A stretch of DNA of 64,000 bases, taken from positions 86,180,001 to 86,244,000 of the forward strand of contig NC_043006.1 of NCBI RefSeq assembly GCF_006345805.1, in the 5' to 3' direction. The notes beneath the pieces are model-generated. The model was given only the letters and a program-made list of their open reading frames with translations. It did no database searches and was not told the origin of the DNA. The first letter of the stretch is position 1. Each line of letters begins with the position of its first letter. The position numbers and the translations under genes were made by a program. Origin of the DNA: Octopus sinensis (lineage: Eukaryota). Shown one piece after another: positions 25,689-35,957 of this stretch.

Positions 25689-28600
25689 GGAGAACACCGG
25701 CGGACTTTTAAGATGTAAGAAGGAAAATTCAGAGCTCCGAAACCTATCCACAAACATCGAAAACAAGGACATCCTATGGAGCCAAAGTTTTACTAACAAA
25801 GAATTGGACTGTATCCGAGTAGTAAATACAAACTGAAATTTATTACTATTTTCGAAACGAAATGATGTATTTTGACTCGATATCATCTCCACCTCTAACG
25901 CAACACATGTAAACATGCGTGAAACATCACGATCATCTCGACCCCAAACACCATGTACAAAGGAACTACGAAGAAATTAAATGCCACCGATACTATTCAA
26001 CCAAGAATAACAATCGAGCGGTACGTACATTAAACCTACAACAAAAAATGTACGAAAAACTACACGTGCGAAATAATGTGACAACAGAAATAAACGGACC
26101 GGTACCCAACGAAAATGACGACCGTCAAAATAATGGGCCGGACGTTGTACCTCATGTCCCGCAAATAAAACCCAAAAGACGTAAATGGACACGTGAGGAA
26201 TACATTTCTATCTTACACGCATACTTCACAGCAGTACTCTACCCAAAAAATGAAAATACAACAACACATACATATAAAATATGGAAGGAAAATAATAGAG
26301 ATTTAGACTTGGATACAGCAATGAACCCTAATAAATTAGCTAACGTACGAAGATACATTCTCAACACAAAAAAATATCAGAAATAGAAATAGAACACCTA
26401 AAAGAAAACATACACCAGGAAAATGTAGATAGAAGCCACACAACAATGCCCAATAATATAAACACTGAAACTGTAAAACACGAAGACAAACGCAACATTC
26501 CCAACAAACACGATGTAAACAACGAAGGGGAGCCTAATGATTATGATAATATAAAAAATAAAATAATCAAAGAACTAAAAACCACAGAGCTCAAAATGGA
26601 CCACCGACCATACCTCCCAAGAATAAAAATAAACGCAATAACAACACCAATTATAAACAACATAAACCTAGCCGTCACTGAACTAGCCACTGAAACAAAA
26701 AAAAGTGATATCACTGAACTAAATGACTTGATATACGCAGCAGCCACTGCAGCCACAAAAGAAGCTGGATACTCACCCAAACCCGCCGAACAGGAGTACC
26801 ACCACCCAAACAAACCCTGTGGATAAATAACATCCAAAACAAAAAAAAAAAAAATTAGAAAAGACCTGTCGATTCTTAATGAAATCAGCAAACAAGCAAC
26901 GCTACTGAGCAACAAAAAGAGAAAAAAAATGCTCCGCAAATATAACACCACAGAAAAAGATTTGCCGGAGATATAAAGAAAAGCTGAAGCAAGATATCCT
27001 TGCCAAAGCTCAAAGGATCCGCCGGTACGAGAAACGCCAACGCTTCTTTGAACAGAACAAAAAGTTCAACTCCGACCCCAAAAAGTTCTACCAAGAACTG
27101 GGCAAAAATAAAATAGAAGTCACTGCAGCACCAACGGCAGAAGAATTGGAAGAATTCTGGAGAGAAATATGGTCGGCGAACGAACCACCAAAAAAAAAGG
27201 AGTATCAAAATAACAAACTCGGCATCTGAACAAACTTGGACCCCCATAACAACTGAAGAGGTCACCCAGGCACTGCAAAGACTAAGCAACTGGAAGGCAC
27301 CTGGGCATGACAAGATCCCCAACTTCTGGTTGAAATATCTAACAGGAATGCACAAAAAGCTGGCTGAAAACTTTAACAACGTACTAGCAGAGCCAGAGAC
27401 AATGCCTGAATGGCTCACGAAGGGGAAAACCATCTTAATTCCCAAATCAAATGAAACAGAAAAACCAGAAAACTACAGACCAATAACCTGCCTCCCTACT
27501 ATGTTCAAGGCATTTACTGCAGTGATATCACAAAGGCTGAACAAGCACCTGGACGAAAACAAACTGTTCCCAGAAGAGCAGAAAGGATGCCGCAAAGGCT
27601 CATATGGCTGTAAAGATCAACTAATGATTAATAAAGCATAACTGAAGACAGCCACAGAAAGAAGAAAGGCCTCAGTATGGCCTGGATTGACTACAAAAAG
27701 GCGTTTGATAGCATCCCCCACACATGGATCCTCGAAACACTAGCCATTAACAAAGTAGCACCAACAATCATAAAATTCATAGAGCACTCTATGAATAAAT
27801 GGCAAACAGTCCTACACCTCCAAACAAAAGAGGGACTCATGAAAACCAAAGACATCCCCATTAGAAGAGGAATATTCCAGGGAGACACGCTCTCTCCACT
27901 CCTTTTCTGCTTGGCACTGTCACCTCTATCTGATATGCTAAATAGAACTGGATGTGGATATAAATGTTACGGCAAAACGATCAGCCACCTTTTATATATG
28001 GATGACCTAAAACTATACGCTGCAAATGACAAACAGCTGGAAACACTATTAAAGACAGTTCATGGATTTACCAAAGAAATAGATATGAAATTTGGATTAG
28101 AAAAATGCGCCAAAGTAACCATGAAAAGAGGAAAACTAGTTAAGAGTAACAACATCACACTAGATGAAGCAAATGAAATAAAAGAATTAGACCAAAGCCA
28201 AACTTACAAATACTTAGGAATCCATGAACTAGATAAGACACAACACACACAAATGAAAGAGAAAATAAAAAAAGAATATTATAGACGAGTTAGATCAATA
28301 CTAAACACAGAGCTCAATGCTAAAAACAAGATAATAGGTATCAACACTTTAGCTGTCCCAGTTATAAGTTACAGCTACAATATCCTTAACTGGACACGAA
28401 ATGAACTGACCAAAATAGATAGGAAAACAAGAAAAATAATGACAGGATCTAGGATGCATCACCCAAAATCTGACATAGAAAGACTATATATACAACGTAT
28501 AGAAGGTGGTAGAGGCCTTATACAGCTGGAAAACTACTATAAAATAACCACCATAGGACTGCAAAAATATCTACTTCAGAAGGAAGGAAAACTGATCCAG

Positions 28601-29651
28601 ATAGCCGCAAAACACGAGCAAAACAAAAAACTGTTCTCAGTATTTAAGGAAGCTGACAAATATAAACAAGAAATCATACCACCTAATAAACATGAAGAAG
28701 AAGAAGAAGATGAAGAAACAACAAAAGCTATAAAAAAAATGAAATCCAAACTAAAAATAGAACAGCAACGAACCATGATAAAACGATGGCAAGAAAAGCC
28801 CCTTCATGGTAAATACTGGACTAAACTAAACGCAAAAGAAATAGACAAAGAAAAATCCCAGCAATTGTTGAGAAGCTCAGGACTCAAAGCAGAGACAGAG
28901 GGATTTTTAATTGCAGCACAAGACCAAAGCCTCCCCACCAGAAATTACCAAAAACATGTAATGAAAAGAAATATTACAAGTAACTGCAGAATATGTGGAG
29001 ATGGACAAGAAACAATAAATCATATTATCTCTAGCTGCTCAGTCCTGGCTAAGAAGGAATATATTCACAGACATGACAGAGTTGGAACTTACATACATTG
29101 GAAGCTATGCCAACATTATGGAATAACAACAGAAAAAAGATGGTATAGGCACACACCAGAAAAGGTCACAGAAAACGAGAAAGCAACCATACTCTGGGAT
29201 ATGCCGATACACACAGATAGAGAAATTAAGGCCAACAGACCAGATATAGTTGTCAGAGACCATGAAGAAAAAAAATGCTTTCTAATTGATGTATCAGTAC
29301 CGGCAGATGACAACGTGTCTCTAAAAGAAATGGAGAAACTCTCAAAATACAAAGACCTGGAAATAGAGGTAACTAGAATGTGGAATCTGAAAACAGAAAC
29401 AATTCCTATCATAGTAGGTGCATTAGGCATGATAAAAAAATATTCAGACAAATACATAACAAAAACACCAGGACTTACAAACACATATAACATACAGAAA
29501 ATTGCACTACTAGGCACTGCACACATCCTACGCAGAACACTTTCCATACAATAACCATCAGAGCATCACAACAAATCACAGCACATACCCAAGGCACACA
29601 GAGCTGCGCTCGGTAGTGAAGTGAAAGCACGCTATAAAAATAAAACTACTG
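25689..29651 (+). mobile_element. R4/Dong-clade element, family 1, probably near full length (~3.96 kb)
   Basis: N-terminal RRKWTREEY motif, RT, CCHC, RLE. Near-identical to 22571-25056. ORF broken by single-base indels. Confidence 0.93.
27677..29554 (+). CDS. RT-CCHC-RLE portion of Dong/R4 ORF (625 aa)
   Basis: Uninterrupted ORF with YMDD and PD-(D/E)xK-type motifs. Confidence 0.85.
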   Translation: MAWIDYKKAFDSIPHTWILETLAINKVAPTIIKFIEHSMNKWQTVLHLQTKEGLMKTKDIPIRRGIFQGDTLSPLLFCLALSPLSDMLNRTGCGYKCYGKTISHLLYMDDLKLYAANDKQLETLLKTVHGFTKEIDMKFGLEKCAKVTMKRGKLVKSNNITLDEANEIKELDQSQTYKYLGIHELDKTQHTQMKEKIKKEYYRRVRSILNTELNAKNKIIGINTLAVPVISYSYNILNWTRNELTKIDRKTRKIMTGSRMHHPKSDIERLYIQRIEGGRGLIQLENYYKITTIGLQKYLLQKEGKLIQIAAKHEQNKKLFSVFKEADKYKQEIIPPNKHEEEEEDEETTKAIKKMKSKLKIEQQRTMIKRWQEKPLHGKYWTKLNAKEIDKEKSQQLLRSSGLKAETEGFLIAAQDQSLPTRNYQKHVMKRNITSNCRICGDGQETINHIISSCSVLAKKEYIHRHDRVGTYIHWKLCQHYGITTEKRWYRHTPEKVTENEKATILWDMPIHTDREIKANRPDIVVRDHEEKKCFLIDVSVPADDNVSLKEMEKLSKYKDLEIEVTRMWNLKTETIPIIVGALGMIKKYSDKYITKTPGLTNTYNIQKIALLGTAHILRRTLSIQ

Positions 29652-29685
29652 AATAATAATAATAATAACGATAATAATAATAATG

Positions 29686-29743
<58 letters not shown>

Positions 29744-29800
29744 TAATAATAATAATAATAATAATAATAATATAATAATATATAATATAATAATAATAAT

Positions 29801-31108
29801 AGGAAAATACGCAAGCTGCTGAGTTGTAATAGGATGCACCACCAAAGGCAGACGTAGATCGCCTTTACCTTCCCAGAGCCCAAGGAGGTCGAGGCCTGAT
29901 CCAATTTGAACTAGCTTACAAAACAACCACAATTGGACTGGCCAAATATCTCGAAATAACGAATGACTGGATGCTAAAGCTCCTGGAAAATCACGAGAGA
30001 CGAAAGAAGCTTCATTCTATAATAAAGGAAAGCAAAAAATTTGCTATTGATCTCGTGCAGGATACCCAAACTGAACAACCCGAGGGAAGTACGGCAACTA
30101 TTGTTGCAAAGAAGGTAAAAATAATGACAACGAAAAAAGCGCACGAGCAATTGGCTGATAGGTGGGAGGAGAAACCTCTGCACAGCAAATATGTGGCCTG
30201 CAGCAAACAAGCTGATGTTGACCAGAAGCAAACCCATCAGTGGCTACGGAGCTCAGGGCTAAAAGCAGAGAGCGAAGGTTTCATCCTGGCTGCTCAAGAT
30301 CAAAGCCTATTAACCCGGAACTACCAGGCCAATGTCATGAAAAATGGAGCAGACCCAAAATGCCGATTCTGCAACGATATGATTGAAACAGTGGACCACC
30401 TAATCTCTGGATGTAAAGTCTTAGCACCAGTGGAGTATAAATTAAGACATGACAGAGTTGGCCAATATCTACACTGGCTAAGAAGTCGGCATTACAATAT
30501 CAAAACTGCCGACAAGTGGTATAATCACCACCCTGAGGCTGTAACTGAAGGAGAAAATGTAACCATTCTGTGGGACTTTCCAGTACATACAGACCGAACC
30601 ATCAAGGCCAATAAACCAGATATTGTTGTGAAAGACCAAAACAATAAAGTTTGCTTATTGATCGACATGAGCATCCCCTGTGATCATAATATCTCAGCGA
30701 AAGAGTTTGACAAGCTCAGAAAATATAAAGACCTACTCATTGAAATTGAGAAAATGTGGCATCTCAAGGCGGTTACAATAGCAGTGATCGTAGGAGCACT
30801 AGGAATGATCAAGAAGGGAACCGAAAATTATATGAGAATGATCCCTGGCTTACCATCCCTGCAAGAAGTGCAAAAGATTGTCTTAACTGGTACATCACAC
30901 GTATTGAGAAGAGCATTGTCGATGTGAGAACCGTTGCTGCTCATGTATTTTAATTTAACTTAAAAAAAAAATTTTTTTTAAATGAACGAACTATTGAGTT
31001 TGGTTTAATGGCCTACCAATGTATACCATGAGTTTCTTTGCCCTAGGAGTCGGGAAGACACTCGGCAAGAAATGGAAGCAAACTTGAAAGAAGAAAAAAA
31101 AAAGTAAC
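29801..31108 (+). mobile_element. R4/Dong-clade element, family 2, 5'-truncated
   Basis: MHHPKADVDRLY..WLRSSGLKAESEG..CRFC..HLISGC..RHD..KPDIV..KY. Different 3'UTR; (TAA)n flanks. Confidence 0.9.
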
Positions 31109-31157
31109 AATAATAATAATGATAATAATAATAATAATAACGATAATAATAATAATG

Positions 31158-31188
<31 letters not shown>

Positions 31189-31205
31189 TAATAATAATAA
31201 TAATT

Positions 31206-31620
31206 TCTTTATTAGTTATTAAGGGTTTACAAAGCGATCGAGGACGTTACAGGACAATACAGTGTGGGATTTTGTGAAAGAGCGCGTAAACAAAAAAAAA
31301 CCAGTAAAAGTTTTAATATTGAATAATTCCCTAAAAGAGGGAAACTTCAGAGGGTGGAAATACCACAAAGCCATAGTTACTCTGACCATTAAAACAAGAC
31401 CCTTTTCTCTGTTTTTCTTCTTCAATCTAAAGGTGTATGCGTAAAGTATGCCCATTCACTCGGACTATCTTCGGTACTCTTACCCACTTTCAACAAATTC
31501 ACTAGGAAGCAGAACTTCTCTTCCCACCCTCAAGAATCACTGAGCACAAAAGAGACGACAGAGGACAACCTTGACGGACCGAGTGCATGGTGCTGAATGG
31601 TTCCGATGGGTAACATTCGG
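31206..31620 (-). mobile_element. Decayed Tx1-like 3' end
   Basis: YTFRLKKK..VRV resembles the Tx1 C-terminus at 38800-38900. Ends in aataaagaaa like the intact copies. Confidence 0.5.
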
Positions 31621-31759
31621 TAGTTCATAAAAGTTGGTTTTTCATCTTAAAATTAGGTAATCCAATTCTTTTCCCCTTAAATTGATATTGAATTTGTGCC
31701 TTAGTGTTCCAGTTTTGCTCATCGTTTGGTTATCTGCATTTTTTTCTAGTTTTTCAATT

Positions 31760-32870
31760 AAAAGGGACAGGTTACGAAAGCTGCACCCACTTTTGCAACA
31801 CTAGTAATGCGATCCAAAAAGAAAAAAATGTCCTATCCGGGTTTACTTTTGATCAGCACTTTTAATTGAATTAAAAAGAAAACTCAAAAAAGATTCCTGG
31901 ATGGCCTTACACAACTTTACAAGATTCCTTAAAGTAGTCAATAGCATTCTTGAATCGATCCCATTCACAACGGAAATGAATGAAAAGAACTCCCATTTTT
32001 AGACATTTCGACAATTAATGAAAAATAGTCTTATACAACCGATCTCTACTGCATGCACACGGATACACACTAGTACTTTATATCTTGTTGTATAGTGCAT
32101 ACTAATGAAATATCCCATTTTATACGGCAAGAGTACATGTAAAATAGTTACAGACTCAAGTCAATGAGAAGGACGACTTAGAACTAAAAATACCCGGAAA
32201 ACTTATTAAATCATGCTATAGACAAAGCAAACAAACTCTAATCCCTTTGCGAGAAACTGTCACAATGAGGGGACAGACACCAAAATATCTCATTTGTAGT
32301 CATCTACAATTCCAGAAAGTACAACGTTTTATACTTGGTTAAATGAATCGGTCATATTCTACTCTATTAATCAAATCTAGGAAATATTATTAAAGAGCCA
32401 CAGATTATTAACAGCTGAAGGCAACTATCCCACTAACAAATCTTAAGAAAACTCTTGAGAAGGGCGAAATTCAAATCGGAAGAAACAATACAGGGGAAAA
32501 AATGTGACAGACTTTGTTGTGGGATGTGTGTATTGTTTGAATCAAAATAGTCGAGGATGGAAACGAATTTAAGGTTAATACAAATATGAATAGAAAAACA
32601 AAATTTCCAGTTTACTGCATCATATGTTCATAATAAAATGCAAACTATATCAGCCAAAGAAGAATAAAATTAACGGGCTAATCAGGGTACATAAATAACA
32701 AATCAAAGACCTACATGTTAGAAATGTTTCTTGTAGTGAACATCTCGACATTTTGCGAAGGGAAATTCAAAAATCTTTTCAGAATAAACGAAGAGAATGA
32801 TCAATAACGAAAGGCAAAAGAAGAATATTTTATACAGACTTTCAATCAAGAAATAAATCGGAAATAGTGA
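31760..32870 (+). pseudogene. Heavily decayed Penelope-like RT/GIY-YIG
   Basis: TKAAPTFATLVM, KRFLD, SIPFTTE, TDLY..TDTH, KKC.R.CCGMC, RVHKQQI..CSEHLDIC.GKFKIF, AKEEYFI across shifting frames. Confidence 0.7.
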
Positions 32871-33261
32871 AAACCGTTACTGAAAACGATTATTACTATG
32901 CGGATTACAAGATAATATGTGTGTTTGAAAAGCTGAAAATAGCGAAAAATATTTACACAAAATCTTCCTTCTGTCCGGTTTGTGTTAATATGCATTAAAA
33001 TATTTTTTTATATAGTTAAAAGGTATTAATTTAAGAAAATATATTTTCAGTTACTGTCACTGAATCCAGAAATTTCCACGTATGTATCTTTGTGCCCCCC
33101 ACCCGACCACCGCTCTTCGTTTGTTTACATTCCTGTAAGTTAGCAGTTCGGTAAAAGAAATCGATAGAATAAGTATAAGAAACAAAAAGATATTGGAGTC
33201 TATTCTTTCGACTAAACTCTTAAAATAAGTAAAAGATAATGTATGTATATAAGTGCAGGTG

Positions 33262-33432
33262 TACACTCACCTAGCTGGGGGTAGGGGTAAGGGCGGTCCA
33301 CTCCAGGCGGCACTTTTAATGGCGCAGCACTTTTGGGTGTGCTGTAGGCAATATATGTTTTTTTGTGGGGTCCTGGGACAGCAAACGGAAGGGCCGCTTC
33401 AGGCGGCACACACTATAGCTACGCTAGTGCAG
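33262..33432 (+). mobile_element. hAT-type MITE remnant (related copy ~46135-46272)
   Basis: Shared ggcggca...cagcactt.tgggt.tgctgtaggcaata core; tagctacgctagtg end. Confidence 0.4.
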
Positions 33433-33590
33433 GCGTGGCTGTGTGGTAAGAAGCTTGCTTCCCTACCACATGGTTTAGGTTCAGTCCCACTGCGTGGCGC
33501 CTTGGGCAAGTGTCTTCTCCTATAGCCACGGGCCGACCAAAGCCTTGTGAGTGGATTTGGTAGACAGAAACTGAAAGAGGCCTATCGTAT
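33431..33590 (+). mobile_element. tRNA-derived SINE head (second family)
   Basis: ggctgtgtggtaagaagc..ggttcagtccc..ccttgggcaagtgtcttct. Full reverse copy at 55320-55651. Confidence 0.8.
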
Positions 33591-33762
33591 TTGGACTTTC
33601 CTATCTCCTGTTTCCGAAGAAGAGCTATGATCGAAGCGTAAGACAACCACTCTTTCCTTCTCTGAGCGTCCTATTAATACTTTGCATGCGCTATGTCATC
33701 ACGTTGTTGTTTTTTCTCCGTTTTCTTTTTAGAAAAGAATCATATATATATATATATATATA

Positions 33763-34071
33763 GCGTGGCAAAAAATTTCGCAGAATTTTTTGCCACCAGC
33801 GGCCTAGTGGGAAAAAATTAAATAGTCATAGACCATTTATAAATTCAACAGCAAAATCAAGGAACGGCCATAATAGGCCATTCACCCACTAGAAATAACA
33901 GCCAAGGCTTCAACCGCAAAACAACATTTATTCCGTAAACCAGGAGAAAATTAAAGGTAAATGTTTTTTTAATTTTCTCCTGGTTTACGGAATTAATGTT
34001 GTTTTGCGGTTGAAGCCTTGGCTGTTATTTCTAGTGGGTGAATGGCCTATTATGGCCGTTCCTTGATTTTG

Positions 34072-34075
<4 letters not shown>
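33763..34075. repeat. Fold-back fragment of the 490-bp HHR repeat family
   Basis: Arms ~33849-33955 and ~33968-34073 are inverted and homologous to 7657-7770. (TA)n flanks. Confidence 0.85.
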
Positions 34076-34163
<88 letters not shown>

Positions 34164-34433
34164 CATACATACATACATACATATATTTATGGCTGTGTGT
34201 CTTTGTGTGTCTTTGTTCCTCCCCTCCCAAAATCGCTTGAAAACTGATAGTGGTGTGTTTATGTCCCGGTAATCTAGCGGTTCGACAAAGGAAGCCAATA
34301 GAATAACTACTAGGTTAACAAAAAGTAAGTCCAAGAGTCGATTTCTTCGATTAAGAAGACCCTTTAAGGCAGTACTTCAACATGGCCGCAGTCAAATGAC
34401 TGAAACGTGTAAAAGAATATAGATATGTACTCG

Positions 34434-34557
34434 TAGTGTTTATTGTCTTCTTACAATAATATAGTCAGGTAATACGAAACTCGTTACTTTAGAATCTTTT
34501 ACGAGGAGACGAGAGTTGTAACATCTGGCCATATTGTAAACAAGACAATAAACACTA
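34434..34557. mobile_element. Small palindromic MITE with TA ends
   Basis: tagtgtttattgtctt...aagacaataaacacta terminal inverted repeats. Confidence 0.6.
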
Positions 34558-34699
34558 TTTATCCTTAAGTCTGTTACCTTGAATTATTTCATATTGTGGA
34601 TTTGCACGACCACCTGATTAGAATCACTCACTCATTCACTCACTCACTCACTCACTCACTCACTCACTCACTCAATCAACCAATCAATCAACCAGTCTG

Positions 34700-34813
<114 letters not shown>

Positions 34814-34828
34814 AGTGGTGTCCCCCAA

Positions 34829-35953
34829 GTGACTACAACACTGTGGATTACATCCGCCTTAACATCCGAAATGGAGGACAAAAACATCCTAGATATCGGT
34901 GTTTCGGAAAACAAGGACTGGCTGGGAAAGAGAATAGAGTTCCTCTTCCACATAAGTCAAGAGGACATAAATAAAATCCCCACCCACGTACATCTTGAGG
35001 ATGGCCGCAAGTTATACGTAGTAGTCGAGGGCAGAAGGCCACGATGCTATACATGTGGCAGTGAGGCACACCTCAAAAAGGAGTGCAAATCTGCCGCAAA
35101 ATTACAACAACAACAACAGCCACAGGAAAAATCACAAAAGCCAGGATTATTGCCCACACCACAATATGGACAGCTAGTCAAGAAGCTGTATGCGGAAATG
35201 CAGGAAAAACAACAAAGAACAAGCCAACCCAACCAAACAACACCAACACCAGCGCCAAGAACAGAATCATCACCACCAACAACAAATAAACCAATTCCAA
35301 CACCAAGAATAACAACGAAGAAGACAAGCACCAAGGATGTAGGAGAGACAATAACCACAACAAACCCCCCAGCAACACCCTCCCCGCGCACCACAACAAT
35401 ATCTACAACCGCACAAACACACCCAGACGCTTTACCCTTGCCCCCTGCTGGTTCGTCAGACTTTTCATCTAACGATGAAAGTTCGACAGAATGGCAAATA
35501 GCCACAGGGGGTAAAAGAAAAAGATCAAGAAAAACCAAACAAGAAATCGCAACCAAAGCAGGGAGATACCTGAACCCTGAAAACTCCATACACAACAAAA
35601 CAAGCACCAACACCACAAAAACAATGCTATCAGCGATAGACACAAAAGACTCCAAACTAATGGAGTACATCACAGGATACACAAACATTTGTGAAGATGA
35701 CTTTAAAAATAGCAATCATCCACGCACTACACCACCCAAACACATCAAAATACTACACATCACACAAACACAACACCACAAACTCAAAGCCCTCTTCCCA
35801 AATGCTGTAGGGGGTTTCAGAAATATCTGTCCCAAAAACTATATAGAAACCTCCTCGAAGACACATCAAAGAACGAGGAAGCCAAAACTTTCGACACAAG
35901 TAAGTAACTCTCTGTACTTTCATTTGTGTGTTTTAAAGCACACACCCCAATAG
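34829..35953 (+). CDS. Tx1 ORF1 (gag-like, zinc knuckle), N-terminally truncated
   Basis: EGRRPRCYTCGSEAHLKKEC followed by a low-complexity P/T/Q region. Confidence 0.75.
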   Translation: MTTTLWITSALTSEMEDKNILDIGVSENKDWLGKRIEFLFHISQEDINKIPTHVHLEDGRKLYVVVEGRRPRCYTCGSEAHLKKECKSAAKLQQQQQPQEKSQKPGLLPTPQYGQLVKKLYAEMQEKQQRTSQPNQTTPTPAPRTESSPPTTNKPIPTPRITTKKTSTKDVGETITTTNPPATPSPRTTTISTTAQTHPDALPLPPAGSSDFSSNDESSTEWQIATGGKRKRSRKTKQEIATKAGRYLNPENSIHNKTSTNTTKTMLSAIDTKDSKLMEYITGYTNICEDDFKNSNHPRTTPPKHIKILHITQTQHHKLKALFPNAVGGFRNICPKNYIETSSKTHQRTRKPKLSTQVSNSLYFHLCVLKHTPQ

Positions 35954-35957
35954 AATC

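Noticed and set aside
35047-35715. Antisense ORFs over Tx1, Dong and RTE coding regions
   Set aside because: Shadows of biased sense-strand codon usage with no recognisable domains.
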